Assembly (NCBI GenBank): GCA_964646775.1
Contig: CAZYEZ010000002.1
Span: forward strand, 1 to 47,581
DNA: 47,581 bases
From: an uncultured Chitinophagaceae bacterium
Lineage (GTDB): Bacteria > Bacteroidota > Bacteroidia > Chitinophagales > Chitinophagaceae
Direction: 5' to 3'
A program made the translations under genes and the position numbers. The notes under the pieces are model-generated. The model was not told the origin of the DNA. It saw only the letters and a list, made by a program, of their open reading frames with translations, and made no database searches. Of this stretch, positions 1-8,545 are shown in pieces (within the stretch, counting starts at the first letter, position 1; each line of letters begins with the position of its first letter).

Positions 1-1
1 G

Positions 2-1012
2 GTGAGACCTCAGACCGCCGTGATGCGCCGATTGCTAGATCTGAATTACGATCTCTATTATTCGCAAGGCGCCCTCGATGATGAAGGAAACCTCTATCTG
101 ATCTTTCGATCAGCCCTGGAAACCGCCAGCCCGCAAAAAATGTATTTCGGGCTGCGGGAGCTGGCGGTTCATGCCGATAGAATGGACGACTTACTGCTTT
201 CGGATTTTGGAGAACTGCGGGCGGTACCTCCTAAAATGACCGAGCCTTTGCCTGCCGCCGAGCTGGAAGTGAAGTACCGATACTTTCGGCAATGGATTGA
301 AGAAACCCTTGAACAGGTCGAGAAGCACAATCCGGATAGCATGGCCAGTGGGATTTCCTATATGCTTTTGGGTGTTATCTATCGCATTAGCTTTCTTATC
401 GCTCCGGACGGGAAGCTCCTGGCAGACCTGGAATCCATCCAAACTCGGTTTTGGGAGGATAGAGAAACCGTATCCCAGGTTCGGCGCAACAGGCAACTGA
501 AGACGGATTTAAGGCGATTGCTGAATCTAAGTCCTCAGGAGTTTTCAAGGAGCCTCTATCGATCGGTGGCCACCTTCTCGGCCGTTCCTCCTCCCAATAC
601 GGCAAAACTTCGCGAGATCTTTATGAATGCGGTTCGGGATGCGGTCTGGCACAAAGAGAACAAGTATGAAGACATCGCGGTGCGGATCGCCGAATATGCG
701 ATTCTATATCCTCATTTTATTTATAGCCTCGCTTCCATACAGACAGAGTTGACGCAGGTGCTCATGAGTGTATGGCAGCCGGATTATTTTCGAGATCTGG
801 GCTTGGAACACCCATTCTATAAGAAGGATCAGGGGGGAATACAAGCCCAAAGGGTGGCTTGGTCTGTAGAGAAGATTTTGACACCTTTCCTGGAGAAGTA
901 TCCCCGCATTCAATGGGATCATCAACAGATATCCTATCAAGAGCCCTTTGCATTCGGCCTGCATTTTTCCGAAATGACCCTAGGGCTGGATTTACAAACT
1001 CGACGCGTATGA
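2..1012 (+). CDS. Hypothetical protein, 5'-truncated by the window edge. The first ~60 aa resemble the C-terminal half of a YbjN/T3SS-chaperone-like domain; the rest is predicted helical with no catalytic motif recognised.
   Basis: The ORF is open to the window edge (336 codons). The segment RLLDLNYDLYYSQGALDDEGNLYLIFRS...ELAVHADRMDDLL follows the same pattern as the C-terminal domain of the next gene. Its stop TGA (1010-1012) overlaps the ATG of the downstream gene (ATGA). Confidence 0.6.
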   Translation: MRPQTAVMRRLLDLNYDLYYSQGALDDEGNLYLIFRSALETASPQKMYFGLRELAVHADRMDDLLLSDFGELRAVPPKMTEPLPAAELEVKYRYFRQWIEETLEQVEKHNPDSMASGISYMLLGVIYRISFLIAPDGKLLADLESIQTRFWEDRETVSQVRRNRQLKTDLRRLLNLSPQEFSRSLYRSVATFSAVPPPNTAKLREIFMNAVRDAVWHKENKYEDIAVRIAEYAILYPHFIYSLASIQTELTQVLMSVWQPDYFRDLGLEHPFYKKDQGGIQAQRVAWSVEKILTPFLEKYPRIQWDHQQISYQEPFAFGLHFSEMTLGLDLQTRRV

Positions 1013-2109
1013 GTATTCAGTCAACCATCGCTTTATATCAGGATGCCGTCGTGCAAATTGCCACGGATACGGGTCATGGGACCGGATTTTATCTGAAAGC
1101 CTATCGGCTCATCGTCACCAATTATCATGTGGTGGGAGACAACCGAATCGTGAAGATTAAGATCCGAGACCTCGCACCCAAACTTGCGGAGGTACTTTTT
1201 GCCGATGCTCGTTATGATCTTGCCTTTATAAGACCGCCTCAGGATATGGGGGGCCTTGCCGAAATTAGGCTGGATACGGAAGATAGCCTGAAGGACGGAG
1301 ATACGGTGATCGCCATCGGTCACCCATATGGACTCAATTATACGGCCACCCAGGGGGTGGTATCCCGAAGCCAGCGCGTGCACCAGGGCCTGCGTTATAT
1401 TCAGATTGATGCGGCCATCAATCCAGGAAACAGCGGCGGACCGCTGGTCAATGAACGGGGGGATATTGTGGGCGTGAATACTTTTATCATCCGGGGAGGC
1501 GATAATCTGGGATTTGCAGTTCCGGTCGCCTACCTGCGGGAAGCCCTGGATCAGTATATGCCCATCTATGGAACCCCATCGGTACGCTGCCCATCCTGTT
1601 CTACGCTCGTGACCCAGGCGAAGCTGGATCATGAAAAGTACTGTCCGAACTGCGGTCAGGAAATCGACTTTCCGATAAGACAAGATGAGGCCTCCGAACC
1701 GGCATCAGGGATAGCTCGGACGATTGAGACGGTACTAACCCGCCTGGGCTATTCGGCCAAATTGGCGCGAACCGGATCGAATCGCTGGGAGATCCTTGCA
1801 GGCTCAGCCACCGTACGCATCAGCTACAACCCTCAGAACTTCTTTATTCTTAGCGACGCCCATCTATGCCGCCTTCCGGCAGAAGGGATCGCGGAACTTT
1901 ATGTCTATCTGCTTAAGGAAAACTTCCACGTACAAGGAAAGTTCTTCTCCTTAAAAGGAGATGTGGTCGTACTGAGCAGTGTTATCTATGACCTGGAGCT
2001 TACACCGGAAAGAGGCGAAGAGCTGTTTGGCCGCTTGATAAAAAAAGCAGATTATTACGACAATCTACTCATCGAAAAGATGGGATGTCGGCCCCTGCTT
2101 CGCGAATAA
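1009..2109 (+). CDS. Cytoplasmic trypsin-fold (S1, HtrA-like core) serine protease fused to a CxxC-x14-CxxC zinc ribbon and a C-terminal YbjN-like domain
   Basis: The triad motifs occur in order: TNYHVVGD (His), YDLAFI (Asp), NPGNSGGPLVN (Ser). There is no signal peptide and no PDZ domain. CPSCSTLVTQAKLDHEKYCPNC forms the zinc ribbon. The C-terminal segment is WEILAGSATVRISY...LLKENFHVQGKFFSLKGDVVVLSS...KKADYYDNLL. I chose the start MSIQ at 1009 (ATGA overlap) over the ORF-track start at 859. Confidence 0.85.
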   Translation: MSIQSTIALYQDAVVQIATDTGHGTGFYLKAYRLIVTNYHVVGDNRIVKIKIRDLAPKLAEVLFADARYDLAFIRPPQDMGGLAEIRLDTEDSLKDGDTVIAIGHPYGLNYTATQGVVSRSQRVHQGLRYIQIDAAINPGNSGGPLVNERGDIVGVNTFIIRGGDNLGFAVPVAYLREALDQYMPIYGTPSVRCPSCSTLVTQAKLDHEKYCPNCGQEIDFPIRQDEASEPASGIARTIETVLTRLGYSAKLARTGSNRWEILAGSATVRISYNPQNFFILSDAHLCRLPAEGIAELYVYLLKENFHVQGKFFSLKGDVVVLSSVIYDLELTPERGEELFGRLIKKADYYDNLLIEKMGCRPLLRE

Positions 2110-2129
2110 ACCAAGGCAAAACCGTCTCT

Positions 2130-4778
2130 CTATCCATGAACGGCCTTTCCTTCGGCCAGGGATCGGATCCAGTCCATGAGATCGGGCAATACTTGGGCAT
2201 TTTTTCCACCGGCGGTGGCCAAATGGGCTTGGCCGCCCCCTCCTCCCTGAATACGGGGTGAAAGCGAGGTTTTCATGATTTTTGCAGCATCCCAGTTTTT
2301 GTCGCGCGCTAAATCTTCGGATATGCCAAGCAGGAGCTGGGCTTTCCCCTGATTGTTGGAACCCAATAATACCAGATGCCGGGGTAAGCGGTCTTTGATC
2401 TGGGCATAGATCCTTTTAAGGCCTTCCCCCGTAACGCCATCCAATACCTGGGCGATCAGCGGGACATCCTGCGTTTTTTCTACCTGGGAAACCAACTGCC
2501 GGGCCATGGAAGCATATTGGGCAGACTCCAGCTCTTCGAGCATTTTCTCCGTATCTGCTTTTTCCTTCAGAAGCTTATCCAGGGCCGCGACGGGATCCTT
2601 GGGGTTGCGTAGGCGATGAACGAGTTGTTCATGCTGTAGAACCAAGGAGCGAAGATGTTTAAGGGCAGCATCGCCCGCAAGGGCTTCCACCCTGCGTATG
2701 CCCGCGGCCACCGACCCTTCTGAAATCAGAGTAAACAAGCCCAATTGGCTTGTTCGGCGAACATGGGTTCCCCCGCAAAGTTCAATAGAAAAGGATTCGT
2801 CGATAATCACCACCCGTACCTCCTCGGCATATTTTTCACCAAATAGGGCCATGGCTCCTAATTCCAGTGCATCTTCCCGGGCCATGGTTCGAATTTGCAC
2901 GGGCAAATCTTCCTGGATTTTTTGCTGAACCCGTTCCTCCACCTCGCGGATTTGTTCGGGGGTCATTTTGGAGAAATGAGAGAAATCGAATCGCAGATAA
3001 TTGGGATCCACCAGGGAGCCTTTTTGCTGGACCTGATCGCCCAGGACTTCCCGTAAAGCGGCATGGAGCAAGTGCGTGGCCGTATGATGGATCTCGGCCT
3101 GCCGGCGCCGGGACAGGTCGACTTCCGCCAAAAGCGGCTGCGTAGGATCCTTCGGCAATCGGCTTACGAAATGTAAGATGAGGTCATTCTCCTTTTTGGT
3201 GTCTAGGACTTCGAGGGTTTCGTCTTCAAAAACCAGCTTTCCCCGATCCCCAACCTGGCCGCCCCCTTCCGGGTAAAACGGCGTTTGACTCAGCACCAGC
3301 TGGAAGGTTTCTTTCTTCTGCTGAACAACTCGCCGGTACCTTCTGATCCGTGCGGGGACAGACAGTGCCTGATAGCCCACGAATTCTTCTTTCCCCTCGT
3401 GCACCGAAATCCAGTCGTCGGCATCCAGGGCGGTCGCTTTGCGGCTGCGGTCTTTCTGCTTTTTCATCTCCTCCTGAAAACCCGACTCATCCACCCCGAG
3501 TTGCTGCTCCCCGGCGATAAGCTGGGTTAGATCCAAGGGGAAGCCATAGGTGTCATAGAGTTCGAAAGCTTCGTCGCCCGGGATTTGCAATTTCTGATTT
3601 TGTCGGGTTTTCCTGATGATCTCATCAAGGCGGCGAAGCCCCCGATCCAAGGTCTTGAGAAAGGATTCTTCTTCTTCAGCAATCACGCGGGCGATCATAT
3701 CCTGCTGTTTTTGCAGTTCAGGAAATACATCGTCAAAGGCGCTGGCGAGGAGGGGAACGAGTTGATGGAGCAAGGGTTGTTTCCAGTCCAGGTATGTATA
3801 ATAATAACGGGTCGCTCTACGGAGAATACGACGGATAACATAGCCTGCTCCCGTATTAGAGGGTAGCTGCCCATCGGCGATGGTGAAGCAGAGGGCACGG
3901 ATGTGGTCGGAAATCACCCGAAACGCAATGTCTTGGGGACGGTCTCCACCCAGATAAGGAATACCGGTGATCCGAGAGATCTCGCGGATATAGGGCTGAA
4001 ACAGATCGGTATCATAATTGCTTTGCTTGCCCTGAAGGACCCGCACCAATCGCTCCAATCCCATGCCCGTGTCAACGTGGCGGGCTGGCAGGGGCTTTAA
4101 CTGCCCATCTTTCTGACGATTGAACTGCATGAAAACCAGATTCCAGATTTCAATGACCTGCGGATGGTCCCGATTGACCAGATCGGCGCCAGAGACCTGA
4201 GCCCTTTCTGCCGGCTCGCGACAGTCTAGGTGGATCTCGGTACAGGGGCCGCAGGGCCCCGTATCTCCCATCTCCCAGAAGTTGTCCTTCGCGGTTCCGG
4301 TGAGGATTCGATCTTCGGGAAGATATTTCTTCCATGCCTCTAGGGACTCCAAATCTTTTTCCACCCCCAGGGAGGTATCCCCTTCGAATATGGTCACATA
4401 AATCTGCTGGGGATCTATCTTGTATACTTCGGTCAGCAGTTCCCAACTCCAGGCGATGGCCTCGGCTTTAAAATAGTCTCCGAAACTCCAGTTGCCGAGC
4501 ATTTCAAACATGGTATGGTGGTAGGTATCCACGCCCACTTCTTCGAGGTCGTTATGCTTCCCGCTGACCCTCAAACATTTTTGGGTGTCCGCGACCCGGA
4601 GATATTTTGCCTCTCGGTGACCCAGAAAATAATCCTTGAATGGGTTCATGCCCGCGTTCGTAAATAGAAGACTGGGGTCATTTTTTACAACGATGGGTGC
4701 CGAGGGAACGATGGCGTGTCCTTTCGAAAGAAAGAAGTCAAAAAATTGCTGGCGAATTTCTTTGGCTGACAGAGACAT
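2130..4778 (-). CDS. alaS: Alanine--tRNA ligase
   Basis: Class II AlaRS motifs are present: FTNAGMNPFK, RVSGKHNDLEEVG, HHTMFEMLGNWSFGDYFK. The editing domain carries HTATHLLH and CGGTHV, and there is a C-terminal DHHA1-like GGGGGQ segment. I chose the start MSLSAKEIRQ at 4778 because a -7 box lies 17 nt upstream. Confidence 0.97.
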   Translation of the reverse strand: MSLSAKEIRQQFFDFFLSKGHAIVPSAPIVVKNDPSLLFTNAGMNPFKDYFLGHREAKYLRVADTQKCLRVSGKHNDLEEVGVDTYHHTMFEMLGNWSFGDYFKAEAIAWSWELLTEVYKIDPQQIYVTIFEGDTSLGVEKDLESLEAWKKYLPEDRILTGTAKDNFWEMGDTGPCGPCTEIHLDCREPAERAQVSGADLVNRDHPQVIEIWNLVFMQFNRQKDGQLKPLPARHVDTGMGLERLVRVLQGKQSNYDTDLFQPYIREISRITGIPYLGGDRPQDIAFRVISDHIRALCFTIADGQLPSNTGAGYVIRRILRRATRYYYTYLDWKQPLLHQLVPLLASAFDDVFPELQKQQDMIARVIAEEEESFLKTLDRGLRRLDEIIRKTRQNQKLQIPGDEAFELYDTYGFPLDLTQLIAGEQQLGVDESGFQEEMKKQKDRSRKATALDADDWISVHEGKEEFVGYQALSVPARIRRYRRVVQQKKETFQLVLSQTPFYPEGGGQVGDRGKLVFEDETLEVLDTKKENDLILHFVSRLPKDPTQPLLAEVDLSRRRQAEIHHTATHLLHAALREVLGDQVQQKGSLVDPNYLRFDFSHFSKMTPEQIREVEERVQQKIQEDLPVQIRTMAREDALELGAMALFGEKYAEEVRVVIIDESFSIELCGGTHVRRTSQLGLFTLISEGSVAAGIRRVEALAGDAALKHLRSLVLQHEQLVHRLRNPKDPVAALDKLLKEKADTEKMLEELESAQYASMARQLVSQVEKTQDVPLIAQVLDGVTGEGLKRIYAQIKDRLPRHLVLLGSNNQGKAQLLLGISEDLARDKNWDAAKIMKTSLSPRIQGGGGGQAHLATAGGKNAQVLPDLMDWIRSLAEGKAVHG

Positions 4779-4795
4779 AGTAAAAAAGATGGTCA

Positions 4796-4803
4796 CAAAG
4801 ATA
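4796..4803 (-). promoter_or_regulatory. Bacteroidetes sigma-A -7 box (TAtcTTTG) for alaS
   Basis: The minus strand reads TATCTTTG, then 17 nt, then the alaS ATG. It is a perfect match to TAnnTTTG. Confidence 0.6.
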
Positions 4804-4822
4804 AGGATTCAGTGCATGGGGC

Positions 4823-4874
4823 CCCCGGGTCTTCCTCGAAATTCAGAGGATTCCTTGGAGGTTTTGCCCCGGGG
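4823..4874. other. GC-clamped stem-loop / palindrome cluster
   Basis: CCCCGGG (4823-4829) can pair with CCCGGGG (4868-4874). This stem encloses an inner hairpin TCCTC-gaaattca-GAGGA (4833-4850). The flanking GGGGCCCC and GCCCCGGGGC are self-palindromes. Confidence 0.5.
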
Positions 4875-4922
4875 CTGAAACATCAATCCAGATTGCGCGC
4901 TATTAAATTGTAACCGCTAATA

Positions 4923-4946
4923 TTTCACTTCATCTTTCACTTCATC
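4923..4946. repeat. Perfect tandem 12-mer TTTCACTTCATC x2, followed by CATCGTAC x2 (4943-4950 and 4955-4962)
   Basis: Read directly from the sequence in the alaS / batA-like divergent intergenic region. Confidence 0.9.
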
Positions 4947-5020
4947 GTACGCTGCATCGTACCGTATCAATCCATATAAAGGGTTGGTTTCATGGCCAGG
5001 GTTCAGGATCCCCTTGTTTT

Positions 5021-5046
5021 TTAGTTCCTAATTCTTAGTTCCCAAT
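5021..5046. repeat. Direct repeat TTAGTTCC(T/C)AAT x2 with a 14-nt period
   Basis: Copies lie at 5021-5032 and 5035-5046, identical at 11 of 12 positions. They sit immediately after a T6 run (5017-5022). Confidence 0.85.
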
Positions 5047-5215
5047 AAATTAGAAAAATATTACTGACCATAGGCCGTTTAGACCTGAATTTATCCGCTC
5101 CGCTAGCGGCATGCAGGCGCCTTGTTCTGTAATCAAGACGACGAACCGATCATCCCGGTGAATCGGGCATTCAGGGGAATTTCTTTACTTTGGTCTTTAA
5201 AAGGATACCCCCATA

Positions 5216-7252
5216 GTGAGCTTTCTCTATCCCCTATTTTTGCTGGCGGCTGCGGCCATCGCGATACCGGTGCTGCTTCACCTCTACAATCTCAGGCGGT
5301 ACCAGAAAGTCTATTTTTCCCATAGCGAATTTTTAAGCAGCATCGCTCATAGAACCCAGCGAATGGCGAAGGTCAGACATTGGCTATTGTTGCTGCTTCG
5401 CTGTCTGGCCATCCTTTTTCTAGTTCTTGCTTTTGCCCAGCCCATTCGTTCCGGCCAGGAGCATGCACATACTGGTAACCTGACCGTGGTATATGTGGAT
5501 AATTCTGCCAGCATGTCTTTGGGCTCGGGGGTACGGACCTTGCTGGATATCAGCCGAGCGGCCTTGCTGGCACAACTTGAGGCGGCCCCACCGGGTTCTA
5601 GTTTTATACTTGTGACCAATGACCCTTCCGTGGGCGCCTACCCCCAGTCTCGGGAGGCCCTCCTGGAAGAAGTGCAGCGTCTGGACTTTTCTTCCAGGGC
5701 AAAAACCGTGGAGGAAGTGTTTGCGGAAGTTGAGAAAATACGCAGGGCTCAAGGTCTTAATGCGGTGGACTTGTGGTACTATAGCGATTTTCGGGAAACC
5801 GAAATGGCGTCTTTAAACGACCTGGCTCCCCATCCGCAAATTAGGGTAAAAGCGGTGAGGGTTCAGCCATCGCAGCAAGATCGGATTTATATCGATACAG
5901 CCTACTTACTCGCCCCGGTTCTGAAAGCCGAAGAGGTGAACGAAATCGTCGTGGTGAGTCGCAGACAGGCCTTGGGTAAATCAGAGTCTGCCGAGCTTTT
6001 TATGGAAGTCAATGGGCAGCGAATCGGAGCCAAAACCTTGAATTTTGGGGAGCAGGACTTTCGTCAGGATACCTTTTTATTTCCGGCTAGAGGAAGTCGC
6101 TGGCAGCAGATTCAGTTTTCCTTAGAAGGGGGCGGTAGCGGCTTTGATCAGGATTATTATCTGTCTGCCCGCAGCATGCCGCTTCGGCGAATCCTTCACC
6201 TCTACCAAGACCGCCCCAACTTCTATATAGATGCGGCTTTCCGGGCTCAGGAAGGTTTTTCCCTGGAGCGCCGCCGATCGGGCACATTCACGGAGGAAAA
6301 GGACCCTTATAATTTGATGGTCATCGAAGGATTTGGGGATTGGAGCGAGGAGAAAATCGAGGACCTGTCCCGGCGCATCGAACAGGGGCAGTTTGTATTA
6401 CTCATACCGGAGAAAACCAGGGATCTCGCCGGGCTGAATCGCGTATTAACCCACTGGGTGCCTTTGCGATTTTTAGCGCTGGAAGAGGAAACCAGGACCC
6501 TGGCGCAGTTGCAACGCGGACACCCATTTATTCGGGATTTATTTGATGAGATTCCAGAAAACGTCCAACTCCCGACCATCCATTGGCATTATCGGCTGGG
6601 CGCAGACTTTCAATCGGGACAACAGGCATTGATGAGTTTTTCGGATGGAAGCCCTTATTTAAGTCGGATACCTAAAGGGAAAGGCGTCATCTATCTTCTC
6701 AGCGGAGGCCTGGATGAAGAGGCGGGCAATTTTCAAACCAGCTATTTTTTCGCGCCTTTTCTCTTTCAGATGGCGCATTCCGCGGGCTCCGGCGATGTTT
6801 ATGCCCTAAGTCTTGGTTCGGGAGAGGGAACGGTAATCCCTGGTCATGGCTTTGATGAAAAGAACCTGGTCTCTTTGCTGGGCCCGGACTTGGTGCAGAT
6901 TCCCAGGCAGACGGCGCATGGGTCGGGGACGATGGTTTATGTGGATGAATTGATTCCTCGCCCGGGATTCTATCATCTATCGCTATCAGAGGCCGACACG
7001 ATCAGCTTGGGAGCCAATGCAGATCGCCAGGAATTTTCCGGAGAATACCTAGATGCGAAAACCTTAGAAAAATGGGGAGAACCCCATGGTTTTCAGTGGG
7101 TTAGTGAAAGTTCCACTTCCTTATCCCAGCCCTTCGGGAACCGTTCTCGCTTCCCTCTTTGGAAACTTTGTGTTACTTTAGCCGGGTTAATGCTCCTGCT
7201 GGAAACCGCCTTGTTGGTAAAGGGAGCTCCCCGAGGGAAAACGACCAATTAA
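5216..7252 (+). CDS. BatA-like N-terminal double-transmembrane domain protein with a vWA/MIDAS-like segment and a C-terminal TM anchor
   Basis: It uses a GTG start. The N-terminus MSFLYPLFLLAAAAIAIPVLLHL plus a second TM (WLLLLLRCLAILFLVLAF) is typical of the aerotolerance BatA N-terminal domain. VYVDNSASMS matches a DxSxS MIDAS motif. The C-terminal hydrophobic helix is LCVTLAGLMLLLETALLV. Confidence 0.7.
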   Translation: MSFLYPLFLLAAAAIAIPVLLHLYNLRRYQKVYFSHSEFLSSIAHRTQRMAKVRHWLLLLLRCLAILFLVLAFAQPIRSGQEHAHTGNLTVVYVDNSASMSLGSGVRTLLDISRAALLAQLEAAPPGSSFILVTNDPSVGAYPQSREALLEEVQRLDFSSRAKTVEEVFAEVEKIRRAQGLNAVDLWYYSDFRETEMASLNDLAPHPQIRVKAVRVQPSQQDRIYIDTAYLLAPVLKAEEVNEIVVVSRRQALGKSESAELFMEVNGQRIGAKTLNFGEQDFRQDTFLFPARGSRWQQIQFSLEGGGSGFDQDYYLSARSMPLRRILHLYQDRPNFYIDAAFRAQEGFSLERRRSGTFTEEKDPYNLMVIEGFGDWSEEKIEDLSRRIEQGQFVLLIPEKTRDLAGLNRVLTHWVPLRFLALEEETRTLAQLQRGHPFIRDLFDEIPENVQLPTIHWHYRLGADFQSGQQALMSFSDGSPYLSRIPKGKGVIYLLSGGLDEEAGNFQTSYFFAPFLFQMAHSAGSGDVYALSLGSGEGTVIPGHGFDEKNLVSLLGPDLVQIPRQTAHGSGTMVYVDELIPRPGFYHLSLSEADTISLGANADRQEFSGEYLDAKTLEKWGEPHGFQWVSESSTSLSQPFGNRSRFPLWKLCVTLAGLMLLLETALLVKGAPRGKTTN

Positions 7253-7260
7253 TCGCCTCT

Positions 7261-8532
7261 ATGCGTGTACTTATCCGTCAGGCTAGACTGGCAGACCCCC
7301 GATCATCTCATTTCGGCCATGAAGTAGATATTTATATCGAAGCCGGCCTGATTAAAACGATAGCCCCCCATATCGATCAACCGGCAGATCAGATTATTTC
7401 TGCGCCGGGACTGCTGGCATTTCCAGGATGGGTAGACGGATTTGCGGATTACGCAGACCCGGGTTACGAGCATAGAGAGTCGCTGAGTTCGGGACTGGCG
7501 GCTGCGGCCCGAGGGGGATTCGCGCGGGTCGTACTCGTTCCCAATACCCAGCCCCCTTTGAGCAAAAAGTCCCAACTCGAATACCTTTATCGCCAAAGCC
7601 AAGGGCAGCCGGTAAAAATTCACCCATTAGGTACCCTGAGTCAAGACGCAGAAGGCAAGACTTTAGCAGAGATGCTCGATCTTCATGCAGGGGGAGCCGT
7701 GGGCTTTACGGATGGATGGGAGCCCGTTCAGAACGCGGCTTTGATGGTCAAGGCCCTCGAATATGTCCATGCTTTCGACGGGGTCATCTGGCAGATACCT
7801 TTGGAAAAAAATTTATCAGCGGGTGGGTTGATGCACGAAGGGGAACTTTCGACCTATCTGGGCATGCCCGGGATCCCCGCGATGGCGGAGGCTCTTATGG
7901 TGCACCGAGATTTGGAACTTTTACGTTATTCCCAGTCCCGGCTTCATATCACCGGCGTATCCACCGAAGCGGGACTCCGTTTGATTCGGGAAGCCAAAGC
8001 GCAAGGCTTAGCGGTTACCTGCTCCGTTACCCCTTACCACCTTCTTTTCACGGACCAGGCTCTTAGAACCTATAATGCCCTTTATAAAGTGGATCCTCCG
8101 CTAAGGTCCGAGTCGGACCGTCAGGCGCTCATCCAAGGGCTGGTCGACGGGACCGTAGATGCCATTGCCTCCCACCACCGTCCCCAAGACTGGGATGCCA
8201 AGACCCGGGAATTTGCCTATGCCGCTTCGGGAATGAATGTGCAGGAAATGATGGTGCCCGTTTTATGGGAAGCCTTGTCGCCTTATCTGGACTTGCCCCG
8301 ATGGGCAGCGCTGCTCTCGCTGTTCTGGAGAGGGCTGCTGCGCTTGGAAGAAGGGAGGCTAGAGCCCGGAGAGAAAGCAGAAATTAGCCTTTATTCCATG
8401 GATCAGGTTAGTCGCTTCACGGCCGAAGGCCTGAAATCTCAGTCTAGGAATAATCCTTTTATGGATAAGGAGTACAAGGGGCGTGTGGTAGGGCTGATAA
8501 ACGGAGAAGCCCTATATTTGAATCAAGATTAA
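7261..8532 (+). CDS. Dihydroorotase-like amidohydrolase-fold protein with degenerate metal ligands (PyrC'-like, probably non-catalytic)
   Basis: It is collinear with type I DHOase: PGWVDGFADYADPG, AAARGGF..VPNTQPP, TPYHLLFTD, KVDPPLRSESDRQALIQGLVDGTVDAIASHH. The HxH motif and other ligands are replaced (see findings). I chose the start MRVLIRQ at 7261 over the ORF-track start at 7159, which overlaps the upstream gene. Confidence 0.85.
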   Translation: MRVLIRQARLADPRSSHFGHEVDIYIEAGLIKTIAPHIDQPADQIISAPGLLAFPGWVDGFADYADPGYEHRESLSSGLAAAARGGFARVVLVPNTQPPLSKKSQLEYLYRQSQGQPVKIHPLGTLSQDAEGKTLAEMLDLHAGGAVGFTDGWEPVQNAALMVKALEYVHAFDGVIWQIPLEKNLSAGGLMHEGELSTYLGMPGIPAMAEALMVHRDLELLRYSQSRLHITGVSTEAGLRLIREAKAQGLAVTCSVTPYHLLFTDQALRTYNALYKVDPPLRSESDRQALIQGLVDGTVDAIASHHRPQDWDAKTREFAYAASGMNVQEMMVPVLWEALSPYLDLPRWAALLSLFWRGLLRLEEGRLEPGEKAEISLYSMDQVSRFTAEGLKSQSRNNPFMDKEYKGRVVGLINGEALYLNQD

Positions 8533-8545
8533 ACCCATTTCTTAT

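Noticed and set aside
859-1008. The longest-ORF start (859) for the protease gene, adding 50 N-terminal residues that overlap the upstream gene by 154 nt.
   Set aside because: The extension has no protease-like sequence. The ATG at 1009 forms an ATGA junction with the upstream stop, and the conserved domain begins right after it.
1033-1683. A 216-aa ORF antisense to the protease gene. Similar long antisense ORFs lie at 9529-10098, 12208-12783, 10383-10814, 40334-40897 and 31573-32031.
   Set aside because: Each lies entirely opposite a gene with strong family motifs. None has recognisable motifs, and their composition (Arg/Gly/Pro/Ser-rich) is typical of shadow ORFs.
4779-4900. A T-box or other riboswitch-type leader for alaS, suggested by the GC-rich stem-loop upstream.
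   Set aside because: The perfect -7 box is only 17 nt from the ATG, so the stem-loop lies upstream of the likely TSS and not in the mRNA leader. T-box leaders are also not a Bacteroidota feature.
7159-7260. An upstream extension of the dihydroorotase-like ORF that overlaps the batA-like gene by 94 nt.
   Set aside because: DHOase homology begins at MRVLIRQ (7261), and the extension has no conserved features.
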